From Balanoglossus misakiensis (Eukaryota > Animalia > Hemichordata): a stretch of 64,000 nucleotides of DNA. The number at the start of each line of letters is the position of its first letter. The stretch's first letter is position 1. A model generated the notes under the pieces. That model saw nothing but the letters and a program-made list of their open reading frames with translations. It searched no databases and was not told the DNA's origin. The DNA is taken from the NCBI GenBank assembly GCA_040954595.2, contig CM082596.2, positions 11,214,454 to 11,278,453 on the forward strand. Reading direction: 5' to 3'. The translations under genes and the position numbers were made by a program. Shown piece by piece: positions 13,537 to 25,594 of the stretch.

Positions 13537-13775
13537 TTAATGTATTTCCCCATGTTTTAGGTCTCCATTTTGATTCACAATTTCATGTCAACAAGTTCAC
13601 ATTCTACCACCACATCACATCTACACATCAACTATCACTGTGATAGAAGCTACCATTTTCAAGTTAAAGATATACAGTCACCGCAAATTTACATACACCC
13701 ATATATGGCTGAAATAGATTATTTGCGGGTTCTAAATAACATATGGCGGCGCTCTTTTTTTCGCATGTGCCACCC

Positions 13776-15090
13776 TACGGCGCGCCAAGTGTTTCAAAAT
13801 TATTTATCATTATTTTATAGAAAATTGATGTCTTTTAACAAAAAAATACGTACAAACAGAAAAAACTGATTGGTGGTTTAAAAAACAACGAGTGTAAAAA
13901 GTAATCCATCGTGGAGTAAAAAAAAAAACAACAACAACAACAAAAAACTAACACACACAGAAGAAAATCTCACCTGTTGTCAAAAAAAACCACCAAGCTT
14001 ACCAAAAAAACGTCCACAAGGCAGTTGCCAAAAAAAAAATAACTAATTTGTCACAAAAAAAACACGCGCACATTTTTCACGAAAAACGCACACTTCACCC
14101 CCACAAAAAATACACACAAAGTATTAAAAAGAACACTCTTTGAAAAAAAAGAGAGACTACAACTTTTAAAAATGCACACCCCCAGAACAAACAACACAGG
14201 CAAACATAGAAAAAACACGAACATGTTAGCCATAAAAAACGGAGATATTTGTCACCGAAAAAAAAAACCCGCACTCATGTCACCCCAAAACTAACGGGCC
14301 ACTTTAAAAAACGCAGATGCACTGAGGTTGCAAAAATAAGCACATTTTTAATCCCCCGAAAAAAAAAAAAAAAACAGGCAATTTGAAAAAAAAAACACAC
14401 AGCAATTTGCAAAAAAAAAAAAAAAAAAGGAACATTTGTCACCCCCCAAAAAACATGCAATTTGAAAAAAAAACGCAGAGCAATTTGCCAAAAAAAAAAT
14501 ATAGGAACATTTGTCACCCAAAAAAAAAACAAGCAATTTGAAAAAAAAAACGCAGAGCAATTTGCAAAAAAAAAAAAAATATAGGAACATTTGTCACCCA
14601 AAAAAAAAACAAGCAATTTGAAAAAAAAAACGCAGAGCAATTTGCAAAAAAAAAAATAATAGGAACATTTGTCACCCAAAAAACAGGCAATTTGAAAAAA
14701 AAAAACACGATATAAAATTTGAAAAAAAATATATAGGCACATTTGTCTCCCAAAATATTCAGGCAGATCCAAGTTGTAAAAAATGGTATATTTGTCATCC
14801 AAAAAATAAAACAAGCGTGTTTAAAAAAACGAGCATTCAGTTGTAAAAATAAATAATAGTCTTTAACAACTTGAAAAAAAAAACGGACGCATTTGAAAGA
14901 ATAGAAAAAAAAATGAGTGAGAAATCCTGGGGAATAAATGCGCATGCGCAAAAAAAAAAAAAGTGAACAATCCTGGCTGAAAAAAAAAAGTGAGAGATTT
15001 CGGTAGAGGAGTCTGGGTAATATTTGAAAAAAAAAACGGAGTCTGAAAAAAAGTTGAATTGAAGAAGAGAAAAGAAAGGGGAAACGCACA
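13776..15090 (+). repeat. Left TIR with internal ~70-bp A-tract tandem repeats
   Basis: Unit ATAGGAACATTTGTCACCCA(n)C..GCAATTTGA(n)CGCAGAGCAATTTGCA(n) repeated at ~14370-14760; mirror image of 30922-32394. Confidence 0.92.
14939..14950. promoter_or_regulatory. TGCGCATGCGCA palindrome (NRF1-type site) in the left TIR; counterparts at 31049-31060 and 31098-31108
   Basis: Exact match to the NRF1 consensus near the inner end of each TIR; on the right it lies ~150 bp upstream of the transposase ATG. Function is inferred. Confidence 0.5.
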
Positions 15091-15574
15091 AACAACTGCT
15101 AGGCGTCGAGATACGTGAGACTGAACTCCGAAGCATCTTTTGGGCATCATCGTTATCAATCGACATCCACAAAAGGTGTGTATCATCTGTATGTTATATT
15201 TAAGTTTATTTTAACCGTGGCTAGCTGCAGTGCATGACAAGTCGTTATTTTGCATGGATTGCATCATGTTTAAAAAATCATGTTATCGAGTGAACTTTCT
15301 TATTCTACTATTTCCGAAGTATAAAAGTTCAGTTGTGTCTTTTCGCATCGTTTCGCATATAGTTAGCTCTGCGTGACAGGGCTGTGTGACGAAGATCGAC
15401 GCACGTTTTGAGTTCGGAATTCGGCCGTTTTTGGTAAGGAAACCATACCGCAACAAATCCGTTGAGTTTCGCCAGGTTTGGCTATGTAGCTTAGCAGGGC
15501 TGTGATTGGAGGCGTAGCCGTTAACAACACACAGCCCTGGTAGCTAAATTCCCGCCGCTGGAGTGATGTAACAG

Positions 15575-15797
15575 CACAGGGGACTCTCCCTCCGCGATTT
15601 TGTTTGTTTGTTTGTTTGTTTGTTGTTGTTGTTGTTGTTGTTGATGATGATAATACCCTAACACTTACATGTCAACAAACCATATTTATTAATAAAGAAA
15701 TATGTATTTGTTTATTATGCCAAAAATCATCATCATCATCATCATCAACAACAACAACAAACAAACAGACAAAATTGCGGAGGGAGAGTCCCCTGTG
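15575..15797. mobile_element. Palindromic MITE with 7-bp TSD (P-element-like ends)
   Basis: CACAGGGGACTCTCCCTCCGC...GCGGAGGGAGAGTCCCCTGTG; TSD GTAACAG at 15568-15574 and 15798-15804; mirrored (GTT)n/(CAA)n inside. Confidence 0.85.
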
Positions 15798-16023
15798 GTA
15801 ACAGGGCAATGTGTTGCTTTGCGGCTTGCTGCCAACCGCCAGCGGTTGATGATAGTTTACCAAGACAATTAACTTACATTCTTGAATTGTATGTAGTATT
15901 TCACATAGAGATGCATGGCATATTTTCATGTGTTACATTTTAACATACAGTTATTCCTCATTATGGTCTTTGTGAAATAATGTTTCATATATTTTTCATA
16001 TCTTCTTTCCAAAAGTCATCAGA

Positions 16024-19000
16024 ATGGATAATACACAAAGGTCAGAAATACAAAGAACATTGGACTCAATGGACACACTTGAAGTAAGAACAGCCGTAAA
16101 CAATTTATTTAGGGGAAGAAGGCAGCCAGCTCAAGTACAACAATTACAGAACACACCACATAACACCAGCCGCGCACGAAATCCTAGGGACACATCAAGA
16201 AAAACTGCTGTATTTCCTCGATCCACAGCTGTATATTTACCCAAATCAAGAATGTACCATATGAAACTGTGTGTCCTAAAATATGATGAAGCAGTCATGA
16301 TGGACACAACAGGAACTGTACATAACTGTGATGGAGACTGGCTTTTCAAAGGTGACATTTGCTTAGAAAGTAAATGGAATGATATACAGGTGGAGCGAGA
16401 AATACAGAACATGATAAGCCTTGCATATCCAAACTATATGGGAAAATTCAAGTTTGTGGATGTTCCACGCAAGGGTTCAGTCCAGTTACGAATCGTTTCC
16501 CGCTCATTCAAATATACGGCAAAAGCAGTATGGGATACAAGGAGTTTGAATAAAACCATCTATGTCATGCTTGATTCAGAACATGACCACACCCAGGAAA
16601 CTGCCAGCATTCAGCATTATCAGAGGTGTTCAAATGTTGTAGATACATATAACAGTACAGTGACTGCAGACACGTCCCTCCAGTCCCCATCCATGGTACT
16701 TGATGAAGTCACCACTGAGATTGAAGGAAATACTACTACTTTGCAAAGCCATTATGATGAAAGATATGCATGCACTACCGTTGTCCAACCTCTTCAAACA
16801 GAAAATGATACAACTATACAGCCTTTAAGTTTCACATCTAATCGGGCCATTGAAGACACTGTGCCATCTCCAACAAGTGAATCAATAAGATTAACAAGTA
16901 CAATACATGATGATACAACAATGCAGCTAGTGCCTTTAAGTTTCCCAGACAGTGTATCCAATCAGGCGAGTGAAGACAGGCCATCTCCATCAAGTGAACC
17001 AATGGGATTAACAAGTACAACTCATGACACCCTATGCATTGGACCTCAATCAACCACTGGACAGAGTCCAATTGGTAGACAACACCACCAAATGGAAAGT
17101 ACTGCCAAGAGACATAAAGGAAATCCAAAGAATGTAAGTATCCTGCTCAATAAGTCTTCTCATGTTGTTTAGTTTCAATAAGAGAGCTGTGCTCAGGCTG
17201 ATGACGTGCTTGTGAGTGAGTGAGTGAGTATGTTTATGTTTGATCAACTGTACGCATCACAATTTTTTAATACAGATGCTTCAATTCAAAATTTATGAAA
17301 GATAAAAATGAAAATATGGAAACTATTTCTTTGAATATTGTCCTGCCCCCCCCCCCTGACAAATTCCTAGGGGGTGCTAACATGTCAACAGGTGAACCCC
17401 TTTGGTCGAATTGTGTTAACATACAAGTGACATTGACAAAAGTCACATAAAGACAATTAATGCCATGATTTTCTTATTTGTAGGAGTGCACACTGAGAGA
17501 CATGATTTGTACTGATGGTGCAGAGCAGCTTGTAGATTACGGTAATGTGAACCTAAGTACTTATTCAGCAAAGACACATTCATCCTTGTCAGAAAAAGTA
17601 AACATGCATGATCAAGGGAGATGTAGTCTGATGTAGATTGAGTCATGACTTTTGAATATAAAAAAAATGACGTTCTTGCCCTCAGTAAAATTTACTTGAA
17701 TTTGCAAGATAAGATCAGTTGGTGCACATGCATATATTGTTCAAATGTCCATTATGTACTAGAATCCAAATAGTAGTTTAGCTGTGCTGATCTTCAATAA
17801 AATAAAACCTAAGGTTTGATAGCACTCTGAGATCCCCTAATTTCTTATGTTCCAGCATAAATCAGTTGATCTCAGTGTGATCTAATCCTTAATACTTACC
17901 AGATTATGACCCCTCAACTTCTGACCTTTAACCATTCTGCCATTACATGTAATTTCAATCATGCACTCTTGGCTTGTTAGAAATGTCTGTGCCCTTCTTT
18001 CCAAGAAAACAAGAAACTTTAAAAGGATGGTGACAGGGATATTGCCTTGTTGATAATTGAAACAAATTACTAGCTTCCACTATATGTAGTGTGTTTCTCA
18101 CAACAGGTCTACCAAACCCTGGCAATTACTGTGCAGTCAATGCGGTGATACACCTTCTTGCATGCATAAAACCAATTATGGAATGTTTATCTGAGGTGGT
18201 TTCTGGTGGTCCATGTATTGAAGCTGTCATTGAGGTATGTCAAACTTTTCATTTCAAGTTATGCAAATTGTCTTTAGGTATTGCAGACTAAATGGGCATT
18301 ACGATGACCTACTGAGTCATATGATTTTATAATTGTTTTCGCAATTTTCATGATAATTCATTATTTGTTATTATTCTTGACGTTATGTTTCTGTCAGTAC
18401 ATGCAGTGAATTGGTTTGTATTCATTCAAGGTAATATGTCACCTTTGACAGGTATTTTGATGTATTATACTTTTTTTCATATAATTACCATTACAAAATT
18501 AACTTAACAAATACTCTCCATTACAAAAGATTAAAGCTTATGACTGTATTCTTTAAAAAATAGTTATTGTGTGCAGTCATAGCTTCTCACTTCTAATTTT
18601 ACTGAAGTGAGCAAAGTTGTCTCTCACAGCATATAACAATTTACCTTCTTCTATGCCATAGGATGGGTTATATACTTGATATCAGTATATGATAGTGTCA
18701 ACATTATTAAGCCAAAAATATAATATCAGGAATTTTCATAAAACACTTTTTCATCTATCATTCCCATTTAAATCTAGATGATATCTTTGATTGGTGAAGA
18801 GGATTGTTTGGCAGAATACGAAACAGCAGTAAGCCATTTCCTCAAAAGTATGCCACGGGATATGGCTGGCGGTGGGTATGACCCTGCAGAAGTGTTGGAC
18901 GAAACCTTGAAAGTGTTGTGTACAGAAAATGAGGTACAGTATTTTCAATCTTGTCTGTGTTAATTGATTTTAGGTCAGTCTTACATTTGTTCTGATAATG

Positions 19001-22000
19001 TAACTGTGTCAAGTTTGTCGGACATGAACCAGCAAAAATTTATTTAAAAAGTTTTTGGTGACCTTAGGTGACCTTGACCATCTTTCTGATATCTCATTAT
19101 CTGGCTCAGATACAGCTTTGGAATTCCGTGGGAACCACTTGGGCCCCACAAACCATGCCTGTAGATTTAGATTTTAGGTCCAATTTGATTTATATGTACA
19201 TATATACCATGGGACCTTATGGGATTGGTTGCGTCTGTATGTATGTATGTATGGATGAATGTATGTCTGTCCACATCAAAAACTTGAAAACCGCTGCGTG
19301 TATCACCTTGATATTTGGTGTGCAGATGCAGGCTGGGCTGAAATGGGAGTTTGTTCAAATGAAAAATTTGAATTTGGTCAAAACTCAGTGACTCAAGAAC
19401 TACTGGTCAGATTGCTTTGCAAAGTGTGTGTATTTACTTTATTGAGTTCTTTGTAATTAGGCAGGAACCCCCTCCTGATATTTATACACACAGCAAATTC
19501 CTGCATGATAACATAACTGGCTAAGTTTTAAAGAGGCCAGCTGTTCTATTTAGTGTATGTACAGTACATATGCCATTGGCAGCTTATGGGTCAGTCAGTG
19601 TTTGCTCTTTGATCTCTCTCTTTCTCTATGTGTGTGTGTGTCTGTCTGTCTGTCTGTATATGCCATGTACTCTGGTGTAGACATTTTCTGGTGTAATCCC
19701 TCAATGGGACCACCGTGTCCTTGACGCGATTTTTTTTCTTCCAATTGATAGATTTTTTCATTCGTTTCATGTTTTATAGCATTTAGCACAGGTAATCCAG
19801 ACAACTTTGGCAGGTACACGGAGACGGATCTGGATTTACGAGGATGAGGAATTTGAAGACGACAGTTATCGTCGTATCCTTTGTTTGACCCTGCTGTTAT
19901 AAGGGATTTAAGCTGTAACTGTTTGCTCTATTTTCAGTATTTTTGATCAGTGAATCAATTGCAGTTTTGTGGTCCTCTAACAACAGCATGCCATTTCTAG
20001 TACTGCACTAATAAACATAGGCTGTATGTGTGTAACGTAACATTGACCATTGTTATTGTTGACAAATATATTCTTGTCCAGACTTTAATTACATTTTTGA
20101 ATGTGGGGCATTTCTTCATACTATAAGGATTTGAACAAAAAACTGCAGGAGATAAACAAACCAAAATTACCTGTACTGAAAACATCGAAAAGTTACAGCT
20201 AATTTCCTGACTTAAGTATATATTTTTGTAACAAACTAGATTCTTCATGTTGACGAGACCAGTGTTCAAGTGCATATATATCCATAAATACTGTTGTACA
20301 CAAACTCAGAAACTATGAATGGTTGTATGGTGATTTTATCACGCATATATAAAGTAAAAAGGTTGCTGCCCTGTGGTAGTAACTAACAGATGGTGAGATA
20401 ATGTGTTTTCAAGAAGTAGGGGTGGGCATTAATTTGAAACTAAATTGGGCAGACCTTTTCAGGGTGTGATCATTTTATAGGGAAAAATATAACAAATGAT
20501 ACTGACATCATTGATTTTGCTGATGATTGTCAATTTAATATTCAGTTTTCCTATACATTACCTTGATACACCCCTGGTACGTTCTTCAACTAAACCCAGG
20601 ATCATCAATTGACAGTATGCTAAATCATTTTCTCACAGAGAGAATGATTTATTGTTGGCGAGACATTCCTTCTAATGTGAAAGTCCAAATCAAAGACAGC
20701 ATAGACGGAGCACCTGAACCTTCTGAACGTATGTTTTTTATTTATTTGATTATACATGTACACTTAGTTACTTTGCTATATGTTTCGCTGTTACAAATAT
20801 AGAACTGAAAATATAGTTAATTTTCATAATTTCTCTTTGAGGGGTCACTGTATAAATATTGACATTGTCACGGTATCAATTTACCCCCAGAGATACTACA
20901 GAAGTAGAAACCCTTAAATGAAAAAGTGATTGTCATTTACTCTACTTTAGGGAGAAGGGAGGAAAAGGAACATCATTTTGTTTGTTTTCTTCATTATAGA
21001 TGACAGCGTAAAGCATGTTGACTTCTGGGTAACAGAACCCAATTTAATATGTTTGGGGATTCACAGAAATGATGGTTATGGCAATAAGGTAGGTTTCATA
21101 CTTTCTGTAGACTGATCATAAAAATGTTAATTATCAAGAGAAAGTGAAGTATAATTCATTGCACCACAACATGTGACTTTTGCTGTAGTTGCTATAGGGC
21201 ATAAGCTCCAGGTCATGAATGATTTGACAACTGAGATGAGACACAAGGATGCTGATCAATGCACATACAGTAGCTGGGGCCAGTGCAGTATTGTCTTCTA
21301 CATTTTTCTAAATACAGTCAACCAAAAGAATAAGTAGCTTCTTTTATCCTAGGTAGAGCAAATGATTTAGGATAAATTTAAATTGTATACTATTAGTCTT
21401 TGAAAAGTTTGATGCTTTTGTGATATTACAGGACAATAGGAGTATAAAAATTCCGAGGTCGATGACTGCTGAAGCACTGTTGTCTCCACAAGATTTCCCT
21501 GCATTCTGGTCACCCCCTGATATGGAAGTCACTGCCATAGTTGTGCATTCTGAAATAAGGGGCCATATAATGTTGTTAGTAAAGAAGGAGGCAGATACAT
21601 GGTAAATATAGTCTGTTTGCTATGTTCTTCTTTGTCATCATTTCGTGTGTAAAGCTGTTAAATACTGAAAAGAATGAATAATCAATAACAGATCAGTTTT
21701 AGTGAAATTTAGTCTGTAAAGCCTCTTAATTGATGGTGCTCATGAGAACATGTATGTAATTGACTGCAGAAAAGTGATAATTGATATAATTTTACAATTT
21801 CTTTCTTTGACAAATTACAATTAAAGATAAAGTTTGAGTCTCTATGCATGTTATATTAATGTGTTAAAACTTATCAAATTCCCTGCTATTGTTAACACAT
21901 CTCATTTGTTTTTGTCTGTTCAGGGTCATGTATGATGATGACCATGTAACTGAATTTATCATGACTTCTGCCATTCTGAAGTATCTACAAGGAGGCAATC

Positions 22001-22071
22001 AACAAGACAGTGTCAATATCCTTTTTCTCTTGAAACCAGAACAGACGCACGTTTCTTGTTACTTCATGTAA
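16024..22071 (+). CDS. Multi-exon cargo gene, part 1: N-terminal domain, Ser/Thr-rich linker and divergent USP (peptidase C19) deubiquitinase
   Basis: Phase-consistent exons 16024-17133, 17484-17541, 18107-18234, 18778-18933, 19780-~19873, 20546-20728, 21000-21088, 21432-21601 and 21924-(22071). Cys box GLPNPGNYCAVNAVIHLL; YDPAEVL; PNLICLGIHR; His box AIVVHSEIRGHIMLLV...W|VMYDD. Confidence 0.82.
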
Positions 22072-22381
22072 CATGTTACAAAAACTGTTGATTTTATAGT
22101 GGATAAAGTGATCAGTACACAATAATTTTTTGATGTATTTCACAAGTGTCTCAGTGCAGTCCATTTTAGAAATTGATACAAGCTCTGCAGTTAATGTCTG
22201 TTTGTAGGTGATCACTATTACACAGTCCTTGTGTAAACATTAAACTACCGTACACTTTGAAAATAAATAGAATATCAGTACTTTCAAAGAAAACTTTAAA
22301 GGCTGTAAAAGTGATGAACATGTAGTCATTCTAAAATGGAAAATAGAGTTTTGTTTGTCTTCCTTAATTACTCACTAATAG

Positions 22382-25300
22382 CTGTGTACTCAAAGGCCGA
22401 AATGTTCAGTCCTTACCCTTCAAAGCTGAGTGATGCTGTGAGGATATCTGCTAAAGAAAGGTATTTTCCTGGTGACAAAACATCCAAACAAAAGTTTTAG
22501 TTGTATGCAAAAGGACAGAACATAACATCTTTCATTTTTTTGCACATTCCATGTAATCAGGCAATATGTGTTTACTGTATCAAATATTCTCATTCGACAT
22601 TGTCTAGCATTCTAATATGTTACCACAGATCTGTATGTGTGAAGACTTTTCATGATATGTCCAATGTTTTTCTTCATTCTGGCAAGAGGTAAAGGTTATT
22701 GTCGTAATCAAAGCCTCATAATGTCACTGAGTGTGTACATGTACTATTGTACCACTTTTTTCTTTTATTTTCCCTGCAGACTTCAGGATTCTGTTGACTT
22801 GAGACAAATAAGTTGTGGATTAGGTAAATATTTATCATATGATAACAAACCATTTTTGTCCTTGCTGTTGAAAATGGAGGGATAAATGGCTTGTTTCTCA
22901 TGGAAAAATGATAATATGTGACTTCTATATTTGTTAATTTAGAAGATTTCCCTTCTGTACTGCTTAGGGACAGAGTTGATATGACAGGACGTGTTTTTTT
23001 TCCTTTTAAAAGAGTTGAATAGAGAATTGGTCAGAAGACGAGTTGGGAGAAGACTAAAATCTGTTGTTGGGATGGAGGATATTAAGAAGAAAGTAGAAAA
23101 GCTAGCCATCCGCGCAATAAACAACAAAGCCCGGAGTACAATTAAGAAACAAGAAGAGGAGCCCCTAAATTTATTATTTTATGGGCCACCAGGCACAGGC
23201 AAAACTATGTTTGCTAGGTTGCTGGCAGGTATGTTTCTTTTTGTGTCCATTCAATCTGTTACAATGTATAGAACTCATTAAACTTTAAAGCTGTAAATTT
23301 GTTTTCAATATTAAAGCTTCAGTATTTCTCGTTTTCGCATAAATTTTGTTTGAAACGGCATCTTCAATTTCTAAAAGTACATGATAATTGATTCTGAATC
23401 TAACAGTTATCATGCCCAGCTCTGTTCATAAACACATACAATTTACAATATAACGAGTGAAGAATGACTTTCTGTCCGGACAGAAAGTCAGGCTCTGTTG
23501 ACACACGTGACTACTGCGCATGCGCACTCAAATGTGAATCTATGCGGAAGAGGTTTGGTCGCCCCAAATCTAGCGCCTCAGCGAAGAAATGCGCACTAAT
23601 TCGGCGAAATTCTGGGAAGATAACTATATGGGAGAAATCAGTCGATGGAACCAGATCAAATCTGAAAATGGTCTGACATCAAATATCAAAGTGGCACGTT
23701 TGCTGATCGAGATGTACAACATTTCCGTTGTAAACAAACCCGCGCATCATTTCAAGTGTTACGGGCAATATTTACAGCTTGCATATAGCTACAGTTGCCC
23801 AAACCTTTCTTATATCTTCATTATGTAGTATTCCATGATGAATGTACAGGAAAAACGGGCATTTTTCGATGATGAAAAATGGATACACACGAGAAATACT
23901 GGGGCTTTAACCTATAATTCGCAAATGTTTCAAAAAACACAATGCAAAAGTCAACACCCTTCGTAATTTAATGGTACAGTTTTCATTTCACAGAGTACCA
24001 CTTTCACAGAACTGTGAGAAAATTAGTTTTACCTTCATTTTTATTACTTAATATTTTGTTCCAGGTGCAATATAAAGGATGATACCATAATAGGAAATCA
24101 AGTTTTATTCAATGTATAAATAGAGAGTTTAGGGAGTATTCCTAGTTTCTTTCCACTTTGCATAGGCTGTACATGGTTATCTTATACCATAGGATTGTGT
24201 GTAAAAATGCAAGAAACCACCGATAAAATATTGTCATTTTCTTGAAATTGTCAGAAATAATTCAGAATGAGAATCAAAATCAATATCTGCAAAAATAAAA
24301 TTTATGTCAGACCAGCTTGAGTCTTGGAGTCAGCTCATCTAAAAACTCCTACCATGAAGATCTAAAGTGGGGAGAAGGGATGACTCAGCAATTTCCTTTT
24401 TTGGGGGGGTCATAAAATTGTCGCTAAAATTACCATTGCTTCTCCAATAATTTCCATGTTTGTCTTTGAATCCACACGCACAATTGTCATATAACTAGAT
24501 GAAATGTACACAGTGGTGAGGGGGGGGGGGGGTATTTCCATATCATGTAAGTCAAAACCTAGTCTGGTAATTTCTATATTCTAGATACAGCAATCGGTGC
24601 AGTAAATTCAAAAGCATTTTTAGCCATGGTTCTACTTTGTGCTTTGCTATTTCAGGATGCTTATATGATGTTGGTATATTAAAGGAAGAGAAAGTTGTTG
24701 AAGTACAGAGAGATAATGTTGTTGCTCAGTATCTGGGAGAATCAGAGAAGAAAATGAAGAAAAAGATCGAAGAGGCAGCTGGTGGATTGCTGTTTATTGA
24801 TGAGGCATACTCACTATATAAAGGCAAATCTACGAAGGACTTTGGAGTTGACATAATAAACACCCTTATGCACTATCTCACTGGTGACTGTATGAGAGAT
24901 ACCCCAGTATTTGTTCTTGCAGGATATAAGATGGAAATGGAGAAGTTGCTGTCAGCTAATGAGGGTCTCTTAAGAAGGTTCAGGGAACCATGGATCTTCC
25001 AGCCATACACATCTGAAGATCTGAAACAAATAGTGTGCAACAAGTTGCTAATGCAGGGGTTCCAGTTTGAAAGTGGTACTGATGGTGAGATCCTGGCCCT
25101 GATAGAGGCTGTACCGCCTGGATTGCGTGTGAAGTTAAATGCAGGACTTTGTGGTCGCATTATCGACTACATGAAGGATAGCATCGATGATCGGGTTTGT
25201 AATCCATCCAACACGACAGAACTGTTACTTGTAAAGCTAGAAGACATACACAGTGTCAAAGAACAGCTGAGTGGGCAGTGGGTTGATGATCCCAAAACAC

Positions 25301-25518
25301 ACACAACCATTGGGATACAGACTGATCATGTGGAACTGACAGATAGTACTACAGAGATGATATCTATGAAATGCGTGAATGTCAATACACAGACAACTGG
25401 CCATGTGGAAACTGCACATACACATGCACAGACTGTGATGTTGGGTTCTCTGAACAAAGAGACGCAGACTGACCGACTGGCGAAACTGATGATCAAGGGA
25501 CACAGACATATCATGTAA
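22382..25518 (+). CDS. Multi-exon cargo gene, part 2: CbbX/CfxQ/SpoVK-family AAA+ ATPase with TQT-rich tail
   Basis: Phase-consistent exons 22382-22460, 22629-22688, 22780-22823, 23013-23228 and 24656-25518. Motifs: VVGMEDIK, Walker A GPPGTGKT, VAQYLGES, Walker B LLFIDEAYSL, DFG, LAGY, NEGLLRRF. Confidence 0.9.
23315..23906. mobile_element. Kolobok-type MITE in the AAA gene intron
   Basis: TTAA at 23311-23314 and 23907-23910; TIR AGCTTCAGTATTTCTCG / CGAGAAATACTGGGGCT. Confidence 0.82.
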
Positions 25519-25594
25519 AACTGAGGTCAACAATGGGACAGAGACTAGTTTGACTTTCTATTATGTATCACCAGACAGGTACAATTATCAAGAG

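Noticed and set aside
14051-15186. Phe/Lys-rich ORFs in both TIRs (also 30789-32188)
   Set aside because: Translation artefacts of A/T homopolymer repeats, mirrored on opposite strands.
22991-25518. Bacterial contamination or a Rubisco-activase operon
   Set aside because: The gene has GT-AG introns with a MITE inside, and there are no cbb or other bacterial neighbours.
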